Assembly (NCBI GenBank): GCA_965248925.1
Contig: CBDFLE010000004.1
Coordinates: 192,001-256,000, forward strand
From: Candidatus Multivoradales bacterium
Lineage (GTDB): Bacteria; Acidobacteriota; Thermoanaerobaculia; Multivoradales; J023
Length of the DNA: 64,000 bases
Direction: 5' to 3'
Shown piece by piece: positions 28,693-40,800 of the stretch (the first letter of the stretch is position 1; each line of letters begins with the position of its first letter). A program made the position numbers and the translations under genes. The notes beneath the pieces were generated by a model. The model made no database searches, was not told the origin of the DNA, and worked only from the letters and a program-made list of their open reading frames with translations.

Positions 28693-29160
28693 TCACGTAT
28701 CACCTCCCGAATGCCAGAAGCCCGGCTTGTGCAACTCCAGCACGAAGTCCACCTCGGCGGCCCTCGTCTCGTAGTCACGCCGCTCCTTCGCCGCCGCGAT
28801 CCTGGCGGCGATCTCGCTGGCCAGGTGCTCTCCCTTGCCGGGTCGCGTCGGCAAGGCTTCTCTGGCCACATCGCGGAGGACTTGCTCCACCAGCGCCCGG
28901 TCCTTCTTCTTCGGGTCGCTAGCGTGGTTGAGAAACCACAGGATCAGCGCCGCGGGCTCGAGGAAGCGGTGGTTGACCGCGGCCAGGAAGGCCGCGGTCA
29001 GCTCTTCGATCGGTGCGCTGGCAGAAAGCTTAATCTCAGCCAGGCTGTCGATGCTGGAATGATTGAGTCGCTGGTTGGCGCCGGTGATCTGAGCGGCGAT
29101 CTGGCGTACTGTCTGGTGGATCTGTTCGGTGGTCATAGGCTTTCTGGACAGAGTGGCCAT
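28693..29160 (-). CDS. Hypothetical helical protein (155 aa), conserved in the unit
   Basis: AGGAGG RBS; near-identical copy at 48750-49217; directly upstream of the integrase. Confidence 0.75.
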   Translation of the reverse strand: MATLSRKPMTTEQIHQTVRQIAAQITGANQRLNHSSIDSLAEIKLSASAPIEELTAAFLAAVNHRFLEPAALILWFLNHASDPKKKDRALVEQVLRDVAREALPTRPGKGEHLASEIAARIAAAKERRDYETRAAEVDFVLELHKPGFWHSGGDT

Positions 29161-29185
29161 TCTGGTGTTCCTCCTAGGTGATCTA

Positions 29186-29491
29186 TTATTGGCGGATATT
29201 GACGCCGAAGCCGATGGCCATGGTTTCGATGGCTTGGGCCAGGGCGATGTGTTGCTCGGTGAGTTCGGCCTCCGGCGTGGCGGGCAACTTGAGGGTCAGC
29301 AAAGTGCCTCGTAGATGAACTTCGATCGTTGCCCTCTGACACACCACGAAAGCCAGGAGCTGGCGCAGGAACCGGTAGGCGGCGGGGAAGTCGACGAACT
29401 CTAGCCGCTGGGCAATAACTTGTGGATTGTCTTCGCTCTGGCGCCAATGTACTAGCCGCCCTAGCCCGAGCTGAATTCGTTCGGGTTTCAT
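29186..29491 (-). CDS. PCD-fold-like protein 2 (101 aa)
   Basis: MKPERIQLGLGRLVHWRQ...IAQRLEFVDFPAAYRFL...ELTEQHIALAQAIE resembles the PCD pattern, no HHP; AAGGAG RBS. Confidence 0.6.
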   Translation of the reverse strand: MKPERIQLGLGRLVHWRQSEDNPQVIAQRLEFVDFPAAYRFLRQLLAFVVCQRATIEVHLRGTLLTLKLPATPEAELTEQHIALAQAIETMAIGFGVNIRQ

Positions 29492-29509
29492 TCACAATAC
29501 TCCTTGAGG

Positions 29510-29872
29510 TCACGGTTCAAGAAAAAGCACCCTCCGGGCAGCAGGGGCTGATTCTGCCCGGAGGGGAGTCGCCGTGGTTGGGGAGGGACCACCACGGCCA
29601 TCACAGGGACTCAGGGAGCGAGCGAGGTCGAAATCTTCCGGCCGCAGACGGGCCGGCGCCGCCGGCCCGATCCGTACCGAGACCCAGCGGCCGACCATCG
29701 CGGCTCTGGGTTCTAGGTTGGTGAGTTCACCGCGATAGAACACCCACTCGACGAAGATCAGAGAATCGCGCCAAGAATCAAAGAGATATTTGCGGGTGAT
29801 CTTTTGTTGCCCTTTGATTTGTCGCCAAACGGGTAGGGCACTCAGGGCCTGTTGGATCTCTTCGTCGGTCAT
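29510..29872 (-). CDS. PCD-fold protein 1, unit 2
   Basis: Near-identical to 9665-10027. Confidence 0.65.
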   Translation of the reverse strand: MTDEEIQQALSALPVWRQIKGQQKITRKYLFDSWRDSLIFVEWVFYRGELTNLEPRAAMVGRWVSVRIGPAAPARLRPEDFDLARSLSPCDGRGGPSPTTATPLRAESAPAARRVLFLEP

Positions 29873-30010
29873 CGCTTGCTCCGTGGGTCTAGGAGGATGG
29901 TAGGCGAAGGAAGGAGGGATTGAGCAGACATCCTGCTTTTCAAGCGCTCACTCCGCGCGGCCCGTCCCGTGATCGCCGGACTACCTTGCGGCTGGTTGAT
30001 TCTGAGGCTT

Positions 30011-30063
30011 GAGGACTGTGAGTCCTCTTCATTGAGTAAGAGAGAGGACTGAGAGTCCTCTCT
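30011..30063. promoter_or_regulatory. Tandem palindromic operator pair, unit 2
   Basis: GAGGACTGTGAGTCCTC at 30011 and GAGGACTGAGAGTCCTC at 30044. Confidence 0.65.
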
Positions 30064-30155
30064 GTCCAAAAACTCCGTCGTTCTTGCTGTCGAGGCCGCG
30101 GAGAGCCGTTGGTTGCGATACTCTTTGGGCCTAATCAATATCTCTGGAGGGAGCA

Positions 30156-31499
30156 ATGTTTGGCGAATCAGCGAGCGAGCAGCACCAGCGATGCCTAGAA
30201 ACGCTGAAGGCCCATGTGCGACGGCATCCGATGTCGGTAAGGGAGATCGAGCGGCGCCTGGGATATTCTCCGTCCTACTTGCACCGGATCCTTCGTGGCA
30301 AAGTAGGGTTGTCGTTTGAGGGCTTGTTGCAGCTGCTCGAAGTGGTGGATATGAGCTTCGAGGAGCTGGCGATCAAGACGGCGCGAGTGGATGCCGAGGG
30401 ATTGTTGGAGAGAGCCTTACCTCCGGGCACGGTAGATCCGCCAGAAATTGAGCAGTTGTCGTTAGTAGCAACTCAGCTCATCGAAGGTGATCTTGTTAGA
30501 ACAGCACCCGATTCAGCATGTCAGGCGCTATTTCAGGCGGTGAGTGAAGCTGATGAGCAGCGCTACTCGGACCCCTGGTTAGCCGCTGAAAAGGCGTGGT
30601 CAATCGCAGCTTGTGTAGCGCCTAGAATAGCCGGCAGATCGGCGCTGGAACTCTGCTGTGGAGCGATCAGTGTTTACGGGTCTTGCTGCCGAATCGGCGG
30701 AGCTGCTCAGCACGCGATTCGCGCGTTGATTTCTGTTAGCCAGCTCGTTCGATCGTGCGGGCTGAGCCATCGGGCGGATTGGCTTCTTCGGGCCGCCTCG
30801 GCATTGAATAGTCACGGTGAGCATGAAGCTGGGCTGGAACTCGGCATTGTGGCTGGAGAGATCTTCGAGAGGTTGGGGGACAGTGCGGGTGTAGGCTCGG
30901 CTCTCATCAGCAAGGCTATCTCGATGGTCTTCTTGAAGGACAATGAGCGAGCGGCGACGACCTTCCACTCTGCGCTTCTTCATATTCCGTCGAAGGGCTA
31001 TTCTCGTCGGCTGATGGCAGCTCATCATGGTCTGGCGAAGTTGCTGGTCGAGCAAGGGGATTTGGAGGAGGCTAGATCACATATTGTGTCTGCATCGTCA
31101 GAGGTCCAAGCGTCGGACACCTACAGTCGAGGCATGCTGGCCCGGACCATGGGCAACTGGCATTGGAAGAAAGGACATAGGGAAGAGGCAATAGAGGATT
31201 TGCGCTCAGCGGAGAAGTGCCTTGTGGAGATCAATCCCTTCGATACGGCTTTTGTCGTACTCGACCAGATCGGGTTCTGCCTGGAAATTGGCCGACTCCA
31301 GGAAGCGATCAAGGCTGCCGAGGAAACGTCCGACCTGATCGAGCTGTTCAAGTCCAATCCGATGGCAGGTGGCATTCTTTTGAGGCTTCGAGACGCTGCC
31401 CAGAGGGGAAGGCTGAGCATGCGTCTGATTGAGATCGCCCGGAGAAGGATGGCCGGCAGGCGGCCTTTCGGAATCCGCCCGCCGGCAACATTTAATTAG
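30156..31499 (+). CDS. XRE-type HTH + TPR regulator, unit 2
   Basis: First ~180 aa almost identical to 10310-11647; TPR region diverged. Confidence 0.8.
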   Translation: MFGESASEQHQRCLETLKAHVRRHPMSVREIERRLGYSPSYLHRILRGKVGLSFEGLLQLLEVVDMSFEELAIKTARVDAEGLLERALPPGTVDPPEIEQLSLVATQLIEGDLVRTAPDSACQALFQAVSEADEQRYSDPWLAAEKAWSIAACVAPRIAGRSALELCCGAISVYGSCCRIGGAAQHAIRALISVSQLVRSCGLSHRADWLLRAASALNSHGEHEAGLELGIVAGEIFERLGDSAGVGSALISKAISMVFLKDNERAATTFHSALLHIPSKGYSRRLMAAHHGLAKLLVEQGDLEEARSHIVSASSEVQASDTYSRGMLARTMGNWHWKKGHREEAIEDLRSAEKCLVEINPFDTAFVVLDQIGFCLEIGRLQEAIKAAEETSDLIELFKSNPMAGGILLRLRDAAQRGRLSMRLIEIARRRMAGRRPFGIRPPATFN

Positions 31500-31826
31500 C
31501 CGCTGGGATCGATGGATCCACCGTATTGCGGCCCTACTGGCTTGGTTTCTAACATCTGATTTCTCCCTTGAAGTGCGAGCAAGCTGGGCCACTTAATTGC
31601 GCCCGCTGCCCGCTACAGGCCCAAGCTACAGCGCTTCCCAAACAGATCCTTTGGTTGAATGCTCATCAGAGGGCGATGGAGGCCGTGAACACGGCTTGAG
31701 TGCGAGTAGATTCAAAGCGCTCGTAGACTGTTTAGGGCTAGTGAGTAGCTCCGTGCGAGGCCCGCCGAAGGGTGCTTCTCTTGCGTTTTGGGCAGCAGAA
31801 CCTCTGTCATTCAGTGATCTGAGGGG

Positions 31827-31896
31827 AAACGGTTCATTTCGAGCTTGCACAAATGAACCGTTTGGTCTCAGCGGTGGACTTGCCTACAGTCTTCCG
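31827..31896 (+). promoter_or_regulatory. 13-bp inverted repeat plus TACAGT upstream of the unit 2 RHS
   Basis: AAACGGTTCATTT-cgagcttgcac-AAATGAACCGTTT (31827-31863); arms conserved, spacer differs from unit 1. Confidence 0.6.
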
Positions 31897-34800
31897 ATGC
31901 CAAAACAGCTATCTCTGCGCTCTCTCCTCGTCCTCCAAGCCTCTCTCGGTGCCCTCCTACTGTCGGCGAGCGCCGCTCAAGCGGCGCCTGCCTTTATCTC
32001 GGTAACCCCCGCCGACGGCACTCTGTCGAGCGCCGCGACGGTGACTCTGACTATCGAAGTGCAGGCCGCGACCAGCTTGCAGGTGGATGGCCAAGCGGTC
32101 ACCACGGTTGATCCCTCGGGGACGGTGTGGACCGCTGGTCCTTACTCGTTGAGCGAGGGGGAGCGGGTGTTGGTGTTGATTGCCGAGGACGCTTCCGGGG
32201 TGCAGGCTCAGCAGCTGCACCGGGTGGTGCGGGACTCGCTGGCGCCGGTGCTGAGCCTGAGCCAGCCGGCGGCGGCGGCGATTGTCGCCAGCTCGCCGCT
32301 CACCGTGGCCGGCACGGCGGTGGATGCGCATCTGGCGGCGGTGCGGGTGGGGGGTCAGGTGGCGGCTCTCAGTGGTGCGAGTTTTTCGCACTCGCTGGTC
32401 TTGGTGGAGGGCGAGCAGACGTTCACCGTGGAGGCGAGCGACAGCCTGGGGCAGAGCGGGCAGCAGAGTGTGACGGTGACTCTCGATAGCCAGCCGCCGA
32501 CGGTGGCGCTGTTGGAGGGAGCTCAGCCGTTGGCGGCGGATGCGCTGTTCAATCGCTCGGTGGTGCTGAGCTTCAGCGTCACGGATGCGACGGCTACGAC
32601 GGTCGAAGCGCTGCTCGACGGCGCTTCTTTTGTCTCTGGCACGACGGTGAGCGGGGCGGGTTCGCATGTGTTCTCAGTGACCGCCACCGACGCGGCTGGC
32701 CAGCCGACTAGCGTCAGCCGGAGCTTTGAGATCGACCTGACGGCGCCGACTTTTCTCAGCTTCACGCCGAGCGATGGCACGCTCTTGGCAGGCTCGCAGG
32801 TGACCCTCAGCGGGGTGGTAGAGGGTGCGGCCGCGCTGAGTGTCGAGGGACAGGCGGCGAGCCTGGTGGGGCAGTCGTGGACGGCCGGGGCATTGCAGCT
32901 GATCGAGGGGGAGCGGGAGATTTCTATCGTCGCTACTGATCTGGCGGGCAATAGCGCCTCGTTCACCTTGCATTTGGAGCGCGACGCGACGGCGCCGCAG
33001 CTGATCGGCCTGGTGCCCAGTGTGGACTCGGTTTTGGCGACCTCGCCGGTGGCGATCAGCGGCACCGCGAGTGACGCCCACTTGCTGGAGGTGCGGGTGG
33101 GGGGCGAGCTGGCGAGCCTGACGGGCTCGCAGTTCAGCCAGCCGGCGGTGGCGCTGGTGGAGGGTGAGAATCTCCTGCCGATCGTGGCCACGGATCAGGT
33201 GGGCCATCAGGCGACGGCCGAGCTGCGGCTGGTGCTCGATACCCAAGCACCGACGCTGTCGCTGCTGGTGGCGGGGGTGCCGCTGCAGGGTGGCGCGGTG
33301 TTCGCCGGCCCGGTGACGCCTGAGATCTCGGCCAGCGACGCCACCGAGGTGGTGACGTCGGCGACTCTCGACGGCGCCACCTACTTGCCGGGCACGGTGA
33401 TTGATGGCGATGGCTTGCATCAGCTGTCAGTGAGCGCCAGCGACGCGGCGGGCCATCAGGCGACGGTGCTGGTGAGCTTCAGCCTCGACCTGGCGGCGCC
33501 GGTGTTCGCGGATCTGGCGCCGGTGGCTGGCAGTGTGGACAGCGCTGCTCAGGTGACGCTGACCGGCCGCGCGCCGGGGGCGGTGTCGGTGTCGGTGGAC
33601 GGGCAAGCGGCGACGCTGGCGGGGGATGGCTTTAGCGCCGGTCCCTTCAATTTGAGCGAAGGGGAGCGGGTGTTCTTGCTCGCCGCCACCGATAGCGGCG
33701 GCAACGTCACCCAGCTGACCCACCGCCTGACCCGCGACTCGACGGCGCCGCAGCTCACCCTCGGCCAGCCGGCGGCCGGATCCCTGCTGGGGAGTACCAC
33801 GGTCGATGTCAGCGGCACGGCGAGTGATCCGCGTCTTGATCAGGTGACGGTCAATGGGGTGCTGGCCGAAATCAGTGGCGGCGCTTTCCTGGCCCGTCAG
33901 GTGGCGCTTATTGAAGGTGACAATGTGCTCACGGTGGTGGCGGCGGACACGGTGGGCAACGAGGTCCAAACGACCCGCTCGGTGACCGTTGATACGACGC
34001 CGCCGACGGTCGTCATCACCGACCCGGCCAGCGGCACGATCACCCCCGAGGCGGGGCTGACCCTGTCGGGCAGCGCCGCGGATCCTCATCTCGACCGGGT
34101 CGAGGTGGCGGGGGTGGGGGCGAGCCTGGTGGGTGAGCAATGGTCGTTGGCGGTGGATCTGCAAGAGGGCAGTAACACTTTCACCGTCGAAGCCTTCGAC
34201 CCGCTCGGCCACAGCACCAGCGCCAGCGTCACGGTGACTCGCGACAGCTCGGCGCCTGAGATCCACATCGAGAGCCCGGCCGAGGGGCTTTACAGCCCAG
34301 CAGCGAATCTCACGGTCAGCGGCACGGTGGTCGCGGAGCCCGATTTGACAGTGACGGTGGGCGGCGTGGCGGCGACGATTGCGGGCAGCAGCTGGAGCGC
34401 CGCCGCGGTGCCGCTAGTAGAGGGTGAGAACCGGCTGATCGCAAGGGTGACCGACGCCCTGGGCAACCAAGGCACTCACACGCGGGTGGTGTGGCGCGAC
34501 AACCAAGCGCCGGAGTTTCTATCGTCGATCCCCGCCGCGGGGGCTCTCGAGCTGCCGGCCGGCAGCAGCTTCCGGCTGCGCTTCAGCGAGCCGTTGGCGG
34601 CGCCCAGCGGGGGCGCCTACAGCCTCAGCACCTTGGCCGGGCAAGCCCTGGCGAGCAGCGCCGAGATCGATGGCGACGACTTGGTGATCACCCCGCAGGC
34701 AGCACTGCCGTCGGCCACCGAGCTGCGCCTGGTGCTAGGGGCGGGGCTGGTCGATCGGGCGGGCAATGCTCTAGCGGCGGCTCATACTCTGGCTTTCACC

Positions 34801-37800
34801 GTGGTCGATGGCGGCTCCCCGGCGGCGCCGCAGCTCGACGCCTACGCTAGCTATCTCTGTGCGCCGGCTATCACCCTTGCCGGCAGTGCCGAGCCTGGTG
34901 CTTGGATCGAGGTAGATGGCGGGGCCTCAGTAGGAGCGGGGCAGGTGGCAGACGATGGCCGTTTCGCCATCAGCGTCGTGCTGCTGCCCGAGGGGCCGAA
35001 TCACCTGACGGTGATCGCCGTCGACGCCGCGGGCAACCCCTCGCCCGCGACGAGCGCCGATATCGTCCACGATTGCACCGCGCCGGAGGTGCTGGGTGCC
35101 AGCCGGGAGGCGGCGGGATTCCGCATCGCCCTCAGCGAGACGGTCGATCCGCTGACCTTGAGCGGCTCGGTGCGGGTGTACGACAGTGGCGTGGAGATCG
35201 CCGGCACGGTGAGCGCCGCGGTCAATGCTGGCGCTGGCGAGCTGATCTGGACGGCCACTGCGGCACTGCCATCCGTCGCTCTGCTGGTCGAGGTCGAAGG
35301 AGCTTTGGCGGACCTGGCCGGCAACCCGTTGGCTTTCCCCTACCGGCAACTCTTCGATATAGCGCTGGGCGGTAGCTTCTTCTCTGGCACCGCTATCGAC
35401 GACGCCTCCGGCCGGCCGCTGGGCGGGGTGCGGGCGGTGGTGACGGCCAGCGACGGGGTGGCCCTGGCCGAGCCCTGGCCGGAGCAGACCAGCGGCGAGG
35501 ACGGTCGCCTGGTGATCGCTCTGCCCGCCGGCACTCACGACGTGACCTTTGCCCGGCCGGGCTACACGCCGGTGTTTCGGGTGGTGACGACGGTCGACGG
35601 CCAAGGCACGGACGTTTTCGACCCTCGCCTGACGCCGGCCGCGGCGGCGGTGTCGATAGATGCATCGGGCGGCTTGGTGGAGGGCTCTTCCGAGGTCGGC
35701 ACGGCGCCGCGTCTCACTCTTCCGCTCGCCGGCCTGGCGTCGGCTGCGGCGGTGCGCCTGACGGCGGTGGGCGGCCAGGGGCTGGCCGCCTTGCTGCCCT
35801 ACGGCTGGGCACCGCGGGGTGCCGTCTGGGTGGATCTCTCGGCCGTGAATCTGGATAGTTCCGCGACCCTCGATCTGCCGGTGACCTCGGCCGACGGGAC
35901 GGTCCTGGAAGCGGTGACTCTCGATCTCGCCACCCTGCAATGGCGTTCGCTGGGGGTGGTGACGGTGAGCGGCGGCGAGGTCACGATGACCGTCGACGGC
36001 GAAGGAGCCTGGGCGGCGGTGGAAGCCGACTCGGGAGCTTTGGCGCCGCCCCCGGCGGTCGCTGGCCAGATGCTGGGCTCCTCGGCCGCGCCGCCGTCCG
36101 GCGGGGTGACTAGCGCCAGCCTGAGCTTCGATCCCGAGGTGGTCTTGCCGACGCAGCGCAGCTGGGTACAGGTGCTCTACGGGCTGGCGGCGGAGGTGCC
36201 GAGCGGGGTGCCGCTGACTTTGTCGATCGAGGAGCGGCTGGAGCTACTCGATGGCAGCGTGCGGCGGATCAGTCCCTACAGCGCCGATCTGGTGCTCTAC
36301 CGCGATTCGCTGGGCGATCCGACCTCGAGGTTCCGCCTGCGGCCTTCGGCCGCGGCGCGCAGCCTGCCGGTGCGGCTAGGTGCCGAGCAAGTCAGCGTGC
36401 GGTCCTACGGTGATGAGACGGTGCGCGGCAACGTGCTCGGCCCCGACGGCGGGGTGGTGTCGAGTGCCGAGGGCGATCAGGTGGTGTTGCCGACGGGAGC
36501 CCTCGAGGAGCCCACGGCGGTGACCCTGAGTCGCCGGACAGTGGCAGATCTGCCGCTGGCTCCACCCGCTGGTGGCACGGTCGATGGCGTCTTGGAGCTG
36601 GACCTTGCCGGCCGCCGGCTGTTGCTGCCGGCTGAGTTGTCGTGGTCGCTGACCCCGGCACCGGCTGCTGGCACGCCGGGTTTGTTGCTAGGGGTGGTGG
36701 AAGTGGAAGGCGAGCCGCGCTATCGGGCGATTGCCGAGCTGGAAGCCACCGCCACGGGCTGGAGGACCCAGGCGATTGACGCTGCCGATCTGGCCTGGCC
36801 GGGGGTGCTGGAAGGTGGTTTGTACGTTTTCTTGCGCCTCGATGCGGCACCGCGCTTTGTGCGGGGCATGGTGCTTGACCCAGGAGGTGCTCCGGTCGTG
36901 GGCGCGGTGGTCGAGTCGACGACGGTGCCTTGGCTCCAGATCTCAGCCGCCGAGGGTGGCTACGTGCTGCCGATTCTGCTGGATGCCGCCACTCTCAGCG
37001 CGCGGCGCGCGGTCACCGGCAACGCGGTGGCGGTGGCGCTGCCGGCCGGGGTGGCGGGGGAGCGGGTCGATCTCGATTTGCCGCTACAGATCGTGGCGCC
37101 GTGGGTCGAGCAGATCACTCCGTCAGCGGGCACCAGCGGAGTGTTGCTCGGGGTCAATCCAGTGGTGCGTTTCAGCGAGCCGGTGGATCGGGCCTCGCTC
37201 GATGGCGCTATCGAGCTGCGCCAGGGGGGCGTGGCGGTGGCGGTGGCACTCGATCACCAGGGCGCCCTGGTCACCCTGCTACCGCAGGCGACGCTGGTGC
37301 CTGGCAGTGAGTACGAGGTCTGGGTGGGGGCGGCGGTGCGTGACTTGCAGGGCTATGGGCTGAGCGGCTCGGTGAGCGTGCTGTTTAGCACCGAGGTGGT
37401 GGCGACGCCGGCCGGGGTCGATCGCGGGCGGATCTTCCTGGTCGAGCCCGATGCCCAGGGGCTGGCGCGAGTGGAGGGCCTGGCGGGGGCGGCGCCGGCC
37501 GGCACGCTGGTCTTCGTTGAAAATCTGACGTCGTTCTCGACCACCGAGTCTGTACAGAGCGCGGGTGACGGTAGCTTCCTGCTGACGATCGGCGCCAGCC
37601 TCGAGGATCAGCTGCTGCTGCATGTGCTGATCGATGGGGGTAACGAGGTAGTGATCCTGCTGACTCCGTTCCTGGGCGCCGACCTGCGCACCGGCCTGGC
37701 GGGGACGGGGGCGGGGGAGTTTACGACCGCCGATGGAATCACCGTGCGTTACGCGGCTGGCACCTTCGCCGGGCCGTCCAGGGTGCAGGTGACGCCGATC

Positions 37801-40800
37801 GCCATGGGCACGCTCGCGGCGGCAGAAGACTTCAGCGAGCTGCTGACCTTCCGGCTGGAGATCGCCGGCGCGCAGCCACTGAAGCCGCTGGAAGTGACGA
37901 TGGCGGCGCCGGCTGGCACCGCACCAGCTGGCACCGCAGCGGGCAGCCTCTGGCTGCTGCGCCGGCAGCTCGAGATTGCCGATTTACCGTGGATGGTCCA
38001 CGCCGAGCTGGCTCTCGATGGCGGTGAGCTGAGCACGATCCACACCGTGGGCGAAGCCCAATCCGCCAACTCCGGCGAGGTGGGTGGCACCAAGTCAGGC
38101 ACGTTTGACGTGCCGGCCCCTCTGCGGGTACTGAGCCCGGCAGAAGCCGCCGCGCGGCTGCCGCGCTCGGGCTTCTTGAGCGCTCTGCCGCCTGCTGACC
38201 CAGCGGCTCTGGTCGAGGTCGAGCCGCCCCTGGCCGGCTTGGGAGCGGCCAAGGCGACCGTTGCCCCCGTCCTGGCGGACTACCTGGTCGGCGTCTCCCG
38301 CCCCGGCATCTACCAGGCAGCGAGGGCCGAGGTCGAGCTGGGTTGGATCGCCTTCCCCTTCCGTGGCGCCCAAGATCTGGTGGTGCGCACCGCCGAGTTA
38401 CCCGAGGTGGTGCTGGCGCTCGATGCCGTCAACCGCTCCTTCCTGCCGCTAGGCGCCGGTGCCTTGCCGGTTGAACTCAGCCCGACGCCATTGAACGCCG
38501 ATCCCGCCGCGCCGGGGACGCCGGGGACGCCGGGGTCGAAGGCGCCGCCAGCGGGCGAGCCCAAGGCCGACTCGGTGGAGATCCAGGTGCTCGATTTCGC
38601 CGGTGTCGAGCTTTATCGGGTGGTGGTTGACGCCCCGACCCAGCAGGTGGTGCTGCTGAGCCCCAGCCAGCTACCCAACGCCGGGCCGCCCATGCCGCTG
38701 GGCGGTGGGCCGCTGCGCTTCCATGCTTTTAGCGCCGCTCCAGGCACTAGCGAGATCGCCGCCGGCATCAGCGCCGAGCTGGAGGGTAACTCGCTCACCG
38801 TGCGCGGCGAGGCGGGCAGCGCCGGAGCCGGAGTGGCGGTGCGTCTGATCGATCTAGAAAGCTCGAACGTGCTCAGCGCCACGGCGTCTCCAGGCGGTAG
38901 CTTCAGCGTCGTCGCCAGTCCGTCGCAGCTCGGCGATCAGCTGGTGCTGGCGATCTCGGCCAAGCTCACTCCGGGCCAGCCGCTGCGCCTCGACTTCTCA
39001 GAAGCCTTGCAAGAAGAGGCGCCAGGAATCCGGGTCGAGCACGACGGGATGGCCCTGCCCATCACCAAAGAGCCTCTGGGCAGCTGGGCACAGCTGCTGA
39101 TCCACGGCGGCTGGCAGGCAGGCAAGACCTACAACTTGCGCCTGGACTCCACCATGGCCGACGCCGCCGGCTTGCCTTGGGATACTGACCTGACTCTGCC
39201 TTTCGAAGTCGCCGAATCGAGCGCCGGCACTAGCTTCGCGCTCGACGCGGCGCACGACATCGCGCGCCTCGGCTCGTTGCTCTTCGTGGCGGCCGGAGCC
39301 GATGGCCTGGCGGTGCTCGACGCCAGCGACCCGCGCCAGCTGAAGAACTGGCTGGCGGCTGAGACCTACGTTGATCTGGTCGCGGAGCCAGGTCTACCGG
39401 TGCGCGGGGTGGCGACCGACAGCCATGGCCGGGTGGTGGCAGTAGGGGGTGGCGTCGCCCGCCGGGGGGTGCTGCTGATCCTCGATCCGCAAGAGCTGCC
39501 CCAGGGTGCCGCGACGGTGCCCGCGGCGGCGATTCTCGGCCGCACCCTCCTCACCGAGCCCCAGCTGGCTGGCTCGGGTGCCCCGCCGCTGCTCATCGGG
39601 CGGCCGCTGGCGGTCGAGATCTTCAACCGCGATGAGAGCACGAGCTGGACGGTGGGGGAGGTGGTGCCGCCGGGCCTCACCCTGGCTCCGCCCAGCCCAC
39701 CGAGCGGCACGGCGGCTGTCTCGCTCACCGTCAGTGGCATGGCGACGGCGGAGCGTCCGGTGACTCTGCGCAACCTCACCACCGGCGAGCGCGACAGCGC
39801 TCGCGTCGGCAGTGCTGGTGGCGGCGGTGCTGGCAGTTTCTCCCTGAGTCTCAGCGTGCGGCGCGGCGACCGCCTGGAGCTACTGCGCAACGAGCTGTCC
39901 TTGGCCTACGTGGCGGGTTACGACGCCGGGGTGGTGACGGTGGATCTGAACGCCGTCGAAGCGGCCGATGAGGAAGTCGACGATCCTTGGGATGCCTTCG
40001 ATCTGCTGCGCTACAACACTCACTATTTTGTACCGACCGAGGTGCTGTGCTCGACGTTTGAGAACGATCAGCGCTTCGACGTGATCGACGCGCGGGTGCT
40101 GCCGGCGGCGTCGGAGGGCGAGCCTTGGAGCGTGCTGGCCCTGGTCGAGAATTATGGCTTGCTGTCGCTGGGTGCCTCGGTCGCTGCGCCGCTGGACAAG
40201 CTGGCCTACCGCGACGCTCTCTGCGGCGAGGTCGACGGCAACCGCAAGCTGGGGGGTCTCGATGTGCTGCCCGGCTACCGCTTCGACCGCAACGGCGACG
40301 GTGTGCTGGACGACGAGGAGCCCGAGCGTGACTACGCGCTGCTCACCAACACCGTCGGTGGCGGCGGTCTTGGCTGGCTGCTGATCGTCGATGTCACCAA
40401 GCGCGATGAGCTGCTTCTTGTGGGCCGCATCGAGCTGCCCGGCCCAGCGACGCGGGTGACTGCTGACCCGGTCGGCCGCCGCGCCCTGGTCTCAGGCCTC
40501 GGTGGCGGGGTCTACATCGTCGACCTCGACCGCTGGCCCGAGCTGGGTGGCGGCGGCGGAACCCCTCAGATCTGGTCGAGCGATCGGGTGGTCGAGCGCT
40601 TGAGCTTTGGCGAGGACGTGCGCGCCCCCACCCTGGTGGCTCCAGAACTGGGCCTGGCCTTCGCCGGTGGCGTTGCCCGCGGCGTGACCCCCATCAGCAC
40701 CGGCCTGCCGCGCCTGTCGCTGGTGACCAGCGGCCAGCAGGGACTGCGTCGGGTCGCCCGGCTGGCGCCATTTGGCGCGCCTACCGCGCCGGAGAGTGCC

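Noticed and set aside
31597-31896. 100-aa N-terminal extension of the 5114-aa ORF from a TTG start
   Set aside because: The paralog starts at the ATG equivalent to 31897 with a signal peptide; the extension covers the promoter region and is not open in unit 1
38511-38537. 9-bp tandem repeat (PGTPGTPGS) as a phase-variation tract
   Set aside because: In-frame expansion in a Pro-rich linker; it cannot shift the frame
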